Shown: positions 40,860 to 53,654, numbered from the whole stretch's first letter. The stretch is DNA of 62,927 nt, filler included, from Sphacelaria rigidula (GCA_964200075.2; 6 parts of 6 records of this genome joined end to end with filler, not necessarily neighbours in it); one strand, 5' to 3'. A program made the numbers and translations. Notes: generated from the letters alone by a model not told the origin.

Positions 40860-41020
40860 CTCGCCAGTTTCTGCATCCCTGGCATCTTTGCAAGCTCCGG
40901 CGACGCGCTAATTGCCTTGGACATATGTTTGTTCCACAGGGCTTCGAGCCGATTCCCCTCCTCGACCGTTTGGGCTAGCTTTGCCGCCAGTTCGGGGTCA
41001 TCCAGAGTCTCCATACCGAC
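40860..41020 (-). CDS. ARF/PHIP-like protein exon (161 bp, helical); gene is 5'-truncated by the contig end
   Basis: CTGAC branch point, CAG acceptor and AG|GTACGA donor; encodes VGMETLDDPELAAKLAQ... Confidence 0.75.
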
Positions 41021-41802
41021 CTGGCAGTCAGTAGAAGCCGTGTGAGAAGATCGCGACGAGGACGGGAAATAACATCGTTGACTTGAGCAAATTCACCCCA
41101 ACAGGAAAAAGTGGCCGCCTCATTCCATCCGCTCACTTATTTTCACTCTCTTCGTTGAAAATCATCACCAATGATATCAACGCAGCTGTCAGGGAAGAAA
41201 AAGAAAAACTAGAATCAGAATAGCTGGATATCAGTACAATAATCACTTTGTATTTTGAACGAATCACCGCAAAACGATAGAAAGTGAAGGACGCGTTTTT
41301 TGTTTGTTTGTTTGTTTGTTTAAAGATGGATAGGGTACAAGGGAGATAAAAAAGACAAGAATAGGAACAAGAAACAAAATATACGATCACTTGCGACAAC
41401 AACACGCGCCTCTCCATCGCGCACATATTTCCAAGGCGTCGACACTGAGATACAGCCCTCAGAACGACGAACTACTTCCTTGGGTTGTCATTTTCTCAAG
41501 GCATTTGTTTCACCAGTACAGAGAACAAAGTCTCCTTCTCGATCAGGCCAAGGGTGCAGGCATCGAATGATCATGATGGGGAGCACAACAGCGGATGAAA
41601 TGGCTCTCGACGTGCGAGCAACATCAGTGACGTTGTAAACAACCTGTGAGAGCCATACCGCGCCACGCGATCTTACACCGAAATCATTGCCCTAAACCAA
41701 CAAGGTTGAAACTGTGCTCGAGGCAGTCAGTCACGCAGAGAGCAGACAAGAACGATCTTGTACATATCAATAGTTAAGCGACACCTCGGTAGGTTGATGC
41801 TG

Positions 41803-41856
<54 letters not shown>

Positions 41857-41920
41857 ACCCACATCATAGCTAATACTAAACATATACAATTACTCTCAAA
41901 ATTTATTACAACAAATCCCA

Positions 41921-42020
41921 NNNNNNNNNNNNNNNNNNNNNNNNNNNNNNNNNNNNNNNNNNNNTTAATTAATTAANNNNNNNNNNNNNNNNNNNNNNNN
42001 NNNNNNNNNNNNNNNNNNNN
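41921..42020. other. Artificial contig linker
   Basis: N44-TTAATTAATTAA-N44. Confidence 0.98.
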
Positions 42021-42529
42021 CTACATGCTTCAAATCGTAGTAACCGTCATCGACACGGGGATCTAACGAGAAAATCATATTTTTAGAACGGTTTCTACGG
42101 GGGTCTAATTATACCCGAAAGCGTGATATTTCGGTGATGTCGGGTGTTGGCGTCGTCTAATTTCCACTAATGATACGCACGAAAGACCCAGGGAGCCTCG
42201 TGACGGTGTCCCTTATATCTGTTGTAAAAAAGCTCAGACCGCCCTCGAACTCGGCAGTTCTGTAGGTATTGTTGCTCAAAATGGAAAAATTGTATTCTTG
42301 ACCATACATAATGTTTTTCTCCGTTCTCTATCGGCTTCCGGGGGTCCCAGCATGAAGACCCCCGGAAGCCGGTACAGAATGCCCTAAAAGAAAAATAATG
42401 AAATGATGCGTCCCGAGAGAGTCCAAGGAACACATGTACAAAGTTTGGTGGAGAAACTCGAAAAATTCATACAGTTTTTCTTCCCTTGACGTCAAATTCA
42501 CCCCAAAAGACGTTTTCACACTCACCAAG

Positions 42530-43265
42530 TAGTTAGGAGTTGCACGTTTCAAGCCCACGTCCTCCACAAACGCGCGAACTTTCACGCTGTTTTTAGGAGT
42601 TAGATCCTGAAACTTCGCATAAAAATGCTATGTATCATTGCTCAACTTTCGACGGACAATGTTTCTTGTACTTCTGGAGTTTTTCACCGTTTTTCGGGGG
42701 TCCGACGGAATCGAAGTCGTTTTTCGAAGTAGTCTCTATTCTGGGACCCCAGAAACACGGCACTACGATATTTTTTCCTTATTTTCGCAAACTATCTGCC
42801 TCCGCATAACCCAAGGATGGGCTCCACAATTTTTCGTCGCAAAACTCGATCAACTGATGCTTGAATTCCCATGTTCACGTCAAAGAAGGTCCAAAAACAC
42901 CGTTTTGGTACTAAAATCAAGTAGTTTGCGGTTTCACCGGGGTACGGCAAACTTCATCGCACGAAGGCCAAAAACCTCACGCTATTTCAAGGAGTTAGAC
43001 CCTGAAATTTTGCACAACTGTGCTTTGAGACATGACACAACTTTGCAGGAACGGGGTTTTGATATTTCTATTTTTTTGTGACCGTTTTACGGGGGTCCGA
43101 TTGGGTCGAGGTTTCCCTAAAAAAATTGGGACCCCCGACAAACGTTGAAAAAAGTTAAAAAAAAAAAACGCGTTCCTTCAAAGGTTGCGTGATGACCCAT
43201 AGAACATTCGTGCAAAATTTCAGGGTCTAACTCCTTAAAACGGCGTGAGGTTTTGCCGATGAGTG
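42530..43265. repeat. Modular foldback repeat (GGAGTTAGACCCTGAAATTTTGCA unit)
   Basis: Direct units at ~42596 and ~42991, and an inverted unit at ~43210-43235. 42970-43105 and 43125-43255 form long inverted arms. Confidence 0.75.
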
Positions 43266-43641
43266 TTTTTTGGGTGATATGCGTGAACCAGCCTGTACAC
43301 GGAGTATATTGCTTTGTTGGTGTGGCAACAGACGACAGAGGATATCTATCGATGGGCATCGTATACCACCGTACGTTCTGGCACGTATCCATCGATATCC
43401 ATTGCCATCATCGGGATATACGCAATCAGGAGCCATTGCCGCCATCAATAGATTCGGTACACAATCTATCAAAAGCCATTACCGCCATCAATAGATTTGG
43501 CACAGTCCATCGACGTCTACTGTCCAGGGCGTGTATTAGTGATAATAAAAATAATAAGAACGATGATAAAAGGATATCACACGAGTGAGATTGCAGGGTT
43601 TAGTTTTTTTTTCTGAGAGTGAGTAACAGTTCGTTCTTCAC

Positions 43642-43746
43642 CTTGGCCATCTGATCTTCGAGCTTCTTTCGTCTGAGCTCCATCTCGTCCGTCTCCTCCT
43701 TCTGCCGGCTGTACTTCTGCTTGAGCATTTCCTTCAGACGTTCCGC
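43642..43746 (-). CDS. NDR/STK38-family AGC kinase, N-terminal regulatory (MOB-binding) exon
   Basis: CAG|...AAG|GTGAAG boundaries, 105 bp, phase 0-0. AERLKEMLKQKYSRQKEETDEMELRRKKLEDQMAK matches the K..LE..Y...E.E.R..KLE..M pattern of NDR kinases. The kinase domain is not on this contig. Confidence 0.65.
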
Positions 43747-43785
43747 CTGAGTATTCAAAGTGTTCAGATTATTTCAAGTATTCAC

Positions 43786-43948
43786 GGTAAGGACGAACCA
43801 TCACGACTACGAATCACCAAATCCACGATTTNNNNNNNNNNACCTGGGTTGCAACGCTGAAAACAAAGCCTGGGGATTGATTCGTACGAGTCGAATCAGC
43901 TGTACTAAAACCAAGTAATTCTCAGACGAATCATTATTTGTCCGAACC
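43786..43948 (+). mobile_element. Kolobok-like MITE copy containing the internal 10-N gap
   Basis: Homologous to 36309-36563; ends TGTCCGAACC|ttga. Confidence 0.6.
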
Positions 43949-43949
43949 T

Positions 43950-44060
43950 TGAAAGTATTCGAATTAAACTTATCCAACTTATTCAAAGTATTCAAGATAC
44001 TCGAATTATCCTAGTGGTCCGCACTATTCAAATTATTCAAATCATTCAACTCCTTCAAAA
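43950..44060 (+). repeat. Degenerate 9-bp minisatellite (ATTCAAA..)
   Basis: Repeated attcaaagt/attcaaatt/attcaaatc units. Confidence 0.6.
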
Positions 44061-45215
44061 TCTCATGATTTTTATATTTTCACCTGTCGATGTTCTGGTG
44101 ATGAAGTGGCGAAAAGCCTAACCTTGCCATTTTGCTCACACTAAAGTTCAACGATATGGATGTGCATCAGGCTGGAAAATGAGGCTGATATGATACATCG
44201 ATAGATTTCATCAAAGTATCACCCGACACTTCGGAATACAACAACCGATTTATCAGGCTCTCAAATACTTTGATGTACACATCAATCGATATATGATGCA
44301 TCGATATGAACATGTCTGGATAATGATAAAAGCAACGCGGGCGCGTGCCGTTGCGGGCCGACTAAGAAATAAAAACAGGCTCCAGAATCGGCCTAATGCA
44401 ACCTATCGCTACATAGTGGGATATCACCCCGTATACTGTATGACGTGTTAACTCAAAATGAATGTTGTAGATACAACATGTAGGTACAACACTGGGTGCA
44501 GCAACCATGACAGCACAGCAGGTGGGGGATATGCTGTTTACTGTTCACAGTACACAGTCCCCTTCACATCGCAGCGCGTGTACAGCATCGTGTGCAGACA
44601 AGCGAAGTCTTTAGCGGAAAAAAGGGGGAGGAGGGGGGTAACTGCGAAGTCATATAGCCATTGACGTCGCATCCCTACAAAGCCGGGATGGAGCACGCCG
44701 GTTTTCGCCGGACCAGGTTCGCAATCAAAAAGGAGGGGGGGGGGGAGGATGACCTTCCCCTCCATATTGGTTTAAAAGGCGGTTTCCACTTGAAAGCATC
44801 TGAAATCACCCCAGTGTGGCGCCATTATTTTGATGGTTGAGTTCCCCTGATCCGAGTGTGAACACGGAGATTCAGGTCTTTACCGGGGCCGACAGTCCCG
44901 CGTGCTTTCTACAAGTAGCGTGCATAGAACGCGTTTTTGCCCGATTGGGCGCCTGTCGGCACATCCGGCGCCGATTGGGGGTCTGCCAACGCAAACGGTA
45001 CCTAGGCCACCCTTTGCACAGCCCTTGCCCGAGGGTTCTCGGTATACCTAGGTAGGGGTTAGACCCGGTTTCATCGGGACAAAAATGATGATGATAGTGA
45101 CGAACATCCCACGTGTGGCAGCCGTTTAATGTTCTCCTTCACATTCTCGAATTAAAACACTATGAACTTTAATGAGAGTGAGAAAAAGAGTGCGAAAGGC
45201 GAAAGGGAACATCAA

Positions 45216-45456
45216 CCCTTTTGGAACCGTTGATGGGAAAGTGACGATTTACAAACTCCCATATGCGAGCTTTCGTCACCAGGAAAACGTCACTTGGAGT
45301 TGGGTGCACGAATCTGTCACATTAGTAAACTTGACTTTAGAGTGGTGCACCGTTTTGATGGGTTGCATCATCAACACTTGCAGAAACACAACCGTATCTT
45401 GCCCAAGAAAACGTCAATTGTATATCGTCACTTTTTCATCAACGGTTCCAAAAGGA
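45216..45456. mobile_element. piggyBac-type MITE
   Basis: tcaa|CCCTTTTGGAACCGTTGATG..AAAGTGACGAT ... ATCGTCACTTT..CATCAACGGTTCCAAAAGGA|ttaa; ~38-bp TIRs. Confidence 0.8.
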
Positions 45457-45769
45457 TTAACTGATTGCCACGCGTGGACAGTTCGTCATCATTCTCATAA
45501 TCACAATTTTATTTTGACTTCATTGTGTCGATACGATCCGGCCTCATGGTTAGGGTTAGCGTTATAACAAAAATAACGTGTCAAAGATGGACAGAATATG
45601 GAGAATCAGCGCGTACTGTAGCGGGACCTGAGGATCGTGGATCGGGACGAATCGTCACAAGATGCAGCTGTTTCAGCGAACGGATTGAAGTAAAGCATGA
45701 GTAGAACTATGCAAAATCGGATACACGTGGTCATTTAGGCGTTGACAGAAAAAGAGGTCGCTATTCAAC

Positions 45770-46009
45770 GATCGCACGAATCATCGCGCATTCGAATTAC
45801 CCAATCTAAGAGTTATGAGGCCTGATTGATCGAAAGAGGGACACAAGTTGACCGCGGGTCAACAAAGTCTCTCATGCAAATGTTGCGCTATTCCACGTGC
45901 CAGGGGTGCGCGTACTTGGGGTACAACGCTGAAAACCAAGTACAATGATTGATTTTTTCGGTAGGAACCAATCAAGTAATTTTCAGACGGAATGTTCGTT
46001 GTCCGACTC
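45770..46009 (+). mobile_element. Kolobok-like MITE copy
   Basis: Homologous to 36309-36563 (TTCCACGTGCC.GGG, CAACGCTGAAAAC, GTCCGAC). Confidence 0.6.
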
Positions 46010-46972
46010 TTGCAGCTGTTTCAATAATCTAGATAACACCGCAGTACAGAACAGCATTACTCAGGTTTCAGTCACGCAGCACGAGCAGCGCTTCCACTCA
46101 GTGGAAACCGCATACATTAAAAAATATGTGCTTTGCCAGCATCGAAAATTCTCAACTGCTGATTATCCTGCTTGTCACCAAGCGGTGATGGTGTACAGTA
46201 TACCTTTACATACAGTACCGCACGGTATAGTCAATATTTTATGTCTATGATATAATACCAGTACACTGCCAGAGGCTCGATGCGCCGCTAAAACCACCCA
46301 CATTTTCACGAGAACGCCCATACGTCTGCCAAAAATAAAAAACGAAGGCCAACTAGAAAAAAAAACGATATGCCTTCACGATTTTCTATGCTAAGTTTCA
46401 AATCACAGTTCTCAGATTGAGCAGAAAAAGTGATGTAGCGTCCAAGAATAATGTTCACTTTCCCTTGAAATTCCCTAAAAAATCGAAAAAAGAAAAAAAG
46501 TTGACCTGAACATATATATATATATATATATATTGTGCACTAGCGATTCTTCATACCAGTTTTCAAAGCACAACTCCCAAAAACTGAGACGCGACATCCA
46601 GATTTGTTGCATTTGGCGCCTCTGCTCGTAATATATTGTTTGTAGTATGGAAACTTACGTGCGCCATATCTCGAGATAAATAACGGATTACGTGAAGATG
46701 AGGGTATATATCGTTTACGCGTGCTCCAGGGAATTTTCGCACCAAAAATCGCCATCATCCGCTGGACACCTCGTTCGGGGTTTCAGACAGACTTTAGTAT
46801 AGACGCTATCTCCGCACGGTATAAGAATTACTAGACATGGAGTTGAATCAAGGAGAAAAAATGGCCCAGACTTTTGAGCATTTGGGCACCTTCCTCTTAC
46901 TAGAGGATTAATACAATATGCGGATCATGGCCCGACCGCCTATGTCGATGAGATATTGCGTTGAGAGCTTAA

Positions 46973-47073
46973 CCCTTATACCGCGATGTAGGTAGTCCAT
47001 CTGGATCCGGCACAATTTTCTCAAATGACATTGATACCGATCCAGCAGGTGACCTATCCTCGCGGTCAAAGGG
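46973..47073. mobile_element. 101-bp piggyBac-type MITE
   Basis: TTAA|CCCTTATACCGCGA ... TCGCGGTCAAAGGG|TTAA. Confidence 0.8.
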
Positions 47074-47744
47074 TTAAACCCGTCCCTAGGCTGGACCAGC
47101 CTGTAGGTCGGGCAAAAAAGCTCACCGTGTGAAGCCGAACCATGAAAGGCATCAACCACAGACACCACAACTCATGGTGTGCAACCGTACGGTCCTGCAC
47201 TGTCTGTGCTGCACTGTACGATTACTGACTGTGGAGTGTCGTTCGAACACAACACATGCATCAGCACCCAGCGCACAAACGAACACACCGATATCTGAGC
47301 GCACCGCGCAACCCCGAGTCGTTTTGCTCTCTGGGACAGTACAGGAATCGTACAGTAGGATGGATGAAGTGAAGGACACCATCACTACCGTACTCAAGGA
47401 GGTGCAGAACACAACAACAGTATAGTGGCATACTGTGTTCAAGCAAACGTCCATCTGCCAAGGAATGCTGTATGAGCTCGAGCGGTGTGGCTGACGCCGC
47501 CCACTGTTCGACCTCCTTCCGCTGAAAGCTGATAAGCCAAAAGTCATCGTCCAGAGAATCGGAGAAATGATCTGGTTTTCTCACAGCTAGCCGAAACACA
47601 TTGCCCAACGGACTGGGGTCCGAAAAATTAATCCGCGAAATAAAATCGCCAGTAGACGGGCTAAAATCCTCCTACTTGTACGAACACGGATTGGTTTCCA
47701 TAAAAAATCGTCATACACACACCACATCCAATGAAGGCATTCAA

Positions 47745-47995
47745 GGGTCGGACAAGAAGAGTTCGTCTGAGAATCGCTTGCTTTTAGTGTAATTGACTCG
47801 TAGCGTACGAACTAATCCTTGTGCTTTGTGTTCAGCGTTGCACCCCAGGTACACCCACCCTGGGCACGTGGAATAGCGCAAATATTGTTTCAAGACTTCT
47901 TAGACCCGCGGTCAGCTTTTTTCTCTCTTCCGAGAAGTCAGGCCTAAGAAATTGTAGATATGGTGACTCGAACTACCGATGATTCATTCGACTCC
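47745..47995 (-). mobile_element. Kolobok-like MITE copy (reverse)
   Basis: tcaa|GGGTCGGACAA..., TTCAGCGTTGCA and GGCACGTGGAATAGCGCA are reverse complements of the family core. Confidence 0.6.
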
Positions 47996-50774
47996 TGAAA
48001 ACTTTCGTCACAACCTTCTGGCGCAGACATCTTTGTATTAGAGACGGAAAGGTTTTTAGTTACGCGACTCTTCGATAGCCAGGGTGGATCATTTACTAAG
48101 TTGGCACTATTTGAACATGGGAAATCACGTTGAGACCCAGATTACCCACCCTGGCTTTCAAAAGTTGACAACTTGGCTATTAAGTAGTCAATTGGAAGAT
48201 GACCTGCATTACCAAGGGGTTTTACCAACTGCAGGCCAGGAGTTACAGCCCCAAGATGAAAGAAATGCTTATTAACTCTTTTGGGACTGATCTTCAGGAT
48301 GAAGGGGTTCAACATGTTTCAGTCAAACAAAAACAAAAAAATTCTGGGAGCGATCTGCCCAATCACGGCGAGGCGAAATTCATCGACCACATCCAAACGA
48401 CCAGTGGGGGGGGGGGGCGTCGCCGTGTGTGGTGTCGCTGCCGAGTTTGTGTATCCTGTCCCTGGTCCACAAAAACGCCTTCGAAGCGAAAGAAAGCCGC
48501 GATGATTGGGGAGCTCTTTCTCGTCTTTTGTCATTTACTTACATTTTATATAGGTCCTTCCCCCCCCCCCCCCCCCGACTTCATTTTGGGTCACCACCTA
48601 ATAGTAAAACGTAGTGATTACACCAATACAGCGTGCTCGGGGGAAATACGGGAAAAGCGTACCCCACTATAAATGTGGTCATCTTCACAAGGCGACTGAA
48701 TCTATCAACACCATGGAATGAGAGACGGAGCGAGAGGCATGCATTCTGAATATCCCTGTATTGAGGCGGCACAGCATGCAGTGAGGTCGTCTGTCGTCGA
48801 CGGGAACGAACAAGCGGTGTAAAGGCAAGTGATCTCCGTCACAGTGAACTGCCCAGAACGTGTAAGGGAGTATGCAACGGCAGCTGCTGCTGCAGTCGGA
48901 GAGGCGTACTGTACTGCACGGTACTGTATATGCGCCGCAATGCCCATGCCCTTCGGAGAGAGTTTGCCGCTTGCAACAAAGAGGGATATCGCGGCCCACG
49001 TCGATCACGAAGGGCGTGGTCGCAAGGTGATGAGGACAATGATATCATCCAAGGCCACGAGAGGCGGGCACCCCGCCGGTCGCCACATCCTGTTGAAAGC
49101 TCTCTACAGCGACCCATTCTGCTTGATACATGTGTACATTACCTGATGCGCACCCCACCCGAATTACAGTTTGTACCTGCACCTAAAAATAGATTCCATG
49201 AAACCTTCGATCTTCCTCCTAACCCTGCGGTTACATACGTGGATTTTCAGCAACATGTGGCCACTATTTCGTGCAGACGCCATACAAGTCATTCCTCACC
49301 AGCCTCATTGGTCGTTCTGGAGGCCCAGTTCCAAAAGGGTTGAGGGGAAGCTGAGAGGGCAGCGAGTTATACCCGAGTTTCAAGGGATAGGTGCCCTCTA
49401 AACACCATGGGTGATGACGATAGGACGTAAGTACAGTGCCAGGACACTGCATGGGGTAGAGTGCGGTAGCCCAACCACAGCAAGGCCGAGAAAAGCGGTT
49501 ATTCTAGATATTACACTAATACCAAATAGTTATTGCCTACAGTACAGTGAAACGAAGTTGTGGTTATAGACACTAGAACCAAGTAGGGGCTGACTATGTT
49601 GAAAATCAAGTAGCTTTTCAGTTATATATTCTTAGGTTCACTCCCAACTCGTCTACTTCCTCTCAACCCATCTCTCTCCTGATACACATCTTACATTACC
49701 ATGTAGCAGATTGGATCAAGACTCCCCTACCGCGTCGACTGCCGTCTAACAAAATCAGACAAACATGAACAACGTATTTTTGCTTCTCACGTCCTCACAC
49801 TGTTCACGACGGAAATAGGATGCTTTCGAGGGGGAAAAAAACTGAACTAGACGCATCTCGCCGAAATCAACCCCGCATTTTTCCCGCCAAAATGGTGACA
49901 GTTGTACCACGGGTAACACCAGTATACAATGATGCTAATGATGATTTATTGGTTGATTGACCATCTCACAATAGCTGATGGCAACAATCCAGCCCGCGGT
50001 CAGGAGCAGCAAAAAATATATATCTGGACTATTTCAATCGACTGCCTCGCCGTCAAAGGAAGGGTGAACAGTATCAGTATTACTACAACAAAGCCTTGCG
50101 GTAGACATCCCAATACTTCCCCGCAGTCGGAGGGTTAAACGCGATTCTTCACGTCGGAACGAACAACATTTTGGGGCTTCAGCAATCCGCACTAATCCCG
50201 ACACCCAACGACGAAGTTACCGAAGGCGCAGGTTTTGATGCGAAAAACCTCTGAATACAGCTTTCAAGTAAGAGCACCTAGCTTGTACTGCATGCAAACC
50301 GTGACCTCACACGAGCTGAAAAATGAAAAAAACACCGAGTACTGCCACTGTCAACGCGTTGGTGGTCCACCTCCTTCATCTTTTGATTTCGCACTGCATG
50401 TCATATCATGTCAACCATGTTCTATGGGGCTGTATCGTACAGACAGACTTTATTCATCAGCGGCTGGGGTCATTCATGCATGAGCGAAGATGCCAGCACA
50501 CGCAAGCACGGTGATGGATGAACATAAACACGTGCATATTCCGTCCTCAAATCATGAAATATGACTGCACGCCTTCTACATGCAGGCTGGTTCACGCTTT
50601 CGATCCCAAATTCACTCACTCATCCGTGGATGTTGACGCCGATTCTTGGAGCTAGACTCTGAAAAATTGGGCATATTTTCGATGTACCGGGACAGAATTT
50701 ACATGGTTGAACTAGTGGGCGAAGCCTGCAATACGAGGCATACCTTCCACACACAGGTAGGGGTAACTCCATGT

Positions 50775-51087
50775 GAATGAAAACAAGAGCGATTCTGGCC
50801 AAGAGTCCACAATCGGCACCCGATAAAATTGACGATCTGTTCAGAATCAGGCGAAGGACTCAACATGGGACGTGTTCTGTTTCCCTGTACTGCAGCACAA
50901 ACACACTCACCCCCTCTCTCGTGTGCTGTAGCTGTCACTGTACTGTGGGGTGTTTAGACATTACGAAGATGTTTGATTCCTTTTGGGACTGCCTGAGCTG
51001 CGATGTTGTCGTCGTGTTCGTCTCTGTAGAAAATAATGTGAGTCGGCACGCAGTGCCGTCTACACAACGACTGTTGAAAACTTCATG
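50775..51087 (-). repeat. Partial inverted copy of the ~900-bp non-coding interspersed repeat
   Basis: Reverse complement aligns by eye with 51985-52300 and 59725-60040. Confidence 0.75.
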
Positions 51088-51439
51088 GTGTGTTGGTTTG
51101 CTGTTTCGTCTTCTTCCGTACAACAAACAAGGCGCTGCCCGCTGCTACGGCACTCTTCTAGCTGGTGCTGTGCGTTGGGGCACTGACGGTTCTGTCTGTT
51201 TTGTGTTGGAAGATGTGAGTGTGAGCGTGATTGGCCGTGGGATTAGACCGCACGAACACGAGTTTTTGGGCTACTCTTCACGTAGTTTCCATGTAGAATG
51301 GAGCAATCTGATTAGTAATTATCAAGTAAAATTGTCCCCCTGGCTTTTCAGTCTGCCAAAAATTGCACACATGAGCCGTGGAGCATTGAAATGTTTTCAA
51401 GGGATGGGGTTCACGGATTTTCTTCGCCAGTTATCGGCA

Positions 51440-52330
51440 CAACGCCCATACATGGGGATGGATTTTTGTAGTGAGATGTGTATTTCAACCAATCAGAGGC
51501 CTGTCAGTGAGGAATCGGCGGAATCTAGCGCCAATGAAATGCGACGTTCGTAGTGAATTATGTAGTGAAAAATGCTTGTGATTAGCTCGCAGGCTCGAGT
51601 CACACCTATCTGCAGTGTACGCCGGGACAGATAGAACTGCAGCAGAAAAACGGAGCTGCATGCAAACAAGCAGACAGGGAATGGTACATTGCCGCCGCAG
51701 TGGGTCATTGTGATGCTCGTTCATCAGTATATCCTCATTTTAGTATGGCTGGTTGTGTCTTTCCGTGGCCGCGAGCGCTGGCGCCGATACCAGCGGCAGC
51801 AGCCGTCATGCTGACTGGTGCAAGCCGTACCCTGGCGGTACAGTATATCCGTACTGTGCTGTGCATTGCTCCCTTCATCGGAGCACGGCGTCTGGCCTGA
51901 CCGGTCAAGCGGTGTATACTAGTGCTGGTTGTGTGCCTCTACCCAGCCATGTTCGGCATCGCGTAAGTGATGGGCCTGGGTGACTTCGAGTTTTCGAGAG
52001 TAAAGTGCGTAGACAGCACTGCGTCCCGACTGTTACTTCATGTTACAGAGACGAGCACAACAATACAGCACATCAGTCAATCTCAGCTGAGACCAAACCA
52101 TCTTCGCAAGGTCAATAACACCACAGAACAGTGATAGCTACTGCACCTAAGAGCGGACGTGAGTGTGTTTGTGCTGTGCAGTACAGTGCAGTGAAACAGG
52201 ACATGTCCCATGTTTGAGTTCTTCGGCTGATTTTAGACGGGTCCTCAGTGTTTGCCGGGTGCCGATCTTGAACGCTCAGCCATAATCGCGCTTCGCGCAA
52301 ATAATTGAATTTACTACAAAATCATTCCCA
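51440..52330 (+). repeat. ~900-bp non-coding interspersed repeat
   Basis: Colinear with 59185-60072 on a different contig (e.g. GGAATCGGCGGAATCTAGCGCCAATGAAATGCGAC). Confidence 0.85.
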
Positions 52331-52424
52331 TACTTCCTCTGTCCCACAAGTAAAGTCCGTTATGTTTATACGAGCCCTTAACGGAGTCCGATTTGATTTT
52401 CGATTCTTTTATTGCATTCGTTAG

Positions 52425-52524
52425 NNNNNNNNNNNNNNNNNNNNNNNNNNNNNNNNNNNNNNNNNNNNTTAATTAATTAANNNNNNNNNNNNNNNNNNNN
52501 NNNNNNNNNNNNNNNNNNNNNNNN
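52425..52524. other. Artificial contig linker
   Basis: N44-TTAATTAATTAA-N44. Confidence 0.98.
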
Positions 52525-52859
52525 ACCCTCCCCACGCCGTACCGACAAGACCGGTCATGGCCTTCATCGGAGGACGGGGAACGGAGTCAATCGTCTGAGT
52601 CATATAATATAACCAAGCTCCGACCGCCCTGAGCTTGGAAACCTGCGAAGGCTTATCTGGGCCAGGGATAGGGTCTCCACACGATCTTTACAGTGGCATC
52701 ATACTCGCCAACAGCCCCAGCACAGGTCGTTCAGGTCTGGTCGATAAATTTCCCCTCGCCGTGATTGGGCAGGTCGCTCGAAGACTTGTTTTTAATTATT
52801 TCACCAACACAGGGTCAACCCTGTGTTAGTGGGGGGTCGGTCCCATAAGGATTAATAGA

Positions 52860-53115
52860 TGCCGATTCAACAGATGAGGACCGACTCTCGCAGTATAAGG
52901 GTCAAGGGTTAATAACCCTTAGACCGCGAGGTTAGTCTTCTGTTGAATCGGCATCAATTTCGAGTGAAAAAAAGTATGCATGACCCAGGAAGACTAATCT
53001 CGCGGTCTAAGGGTCAAAGGGTTAAATAGAGAGAGTACGTCATCAGTTGAATCGGCATCGATTTCACTTGGAAAAGTATACATGATTCCGATGGAATATC
53101 CTCACGGTCTAAGGG
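52860..53115. mobile_element. Cluster of short piggyBac-type MITE copies
   Basis: CCCTTAGACCGCGAG ... CTCGCGGTCTAAGGG plus stacked AAGGGTCAAAGGGTTAA ends; the GTTGAATCGGC core appears three times. Confidence 0.75.
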
Positions 53116-53654
53116 TAGAGCAAGGCATTCCAATGTGTCAACATCCGCCTAACCCTCTGAGGGTGTAAAACGACGCAGACGGCCCGAGAAGGCAGTTTTC
53201 AAGATTTAGAGATTTTTGACACAGAGTGAAGCAGCAAAAGTTCAAATGGTCCGTAACGGAGCTCGGAAGGAATTATAACTGGACGTTAGACGTCAGACCG
53301 ACGGGTGAAGAGCCAGTACAGACCGCGAAAACACTGTTGTCTGTAGAGCAGTATAGTACAGCACAAATGAGCATTATACACGCCGAAACTGAGCACACAT
53401 CTGGACTCCACAGTCAGCTCTACTGCGGCGGTATACGGCAGCTGTGTCCCCTTTATTCCCTCTCGTCTTGCAACGGGTGAGCGATTGAACACATGTTTTC
53501 GTCGGTGCGAAACCTGGGATCTGACGGGTACACTACTGCCAAGAGTATTATCGCATTTCACATCTCAACGATGCGGGGACAAGAAAGGGCCGGCCAGTTA
53601 GTCCGCCAGTATGTGCAAGCGTGCTGCGTGCTGCATACTCCTTTCAGATTTTCC

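Noticed and set aside
41805..41856. Poly-C tract read as a poly-Pro ORF
   Set aside because: A homopolymer near a contig end, inside an intron of the minus-strand gene; probably low-complexity sequence or a sequencing artefact.
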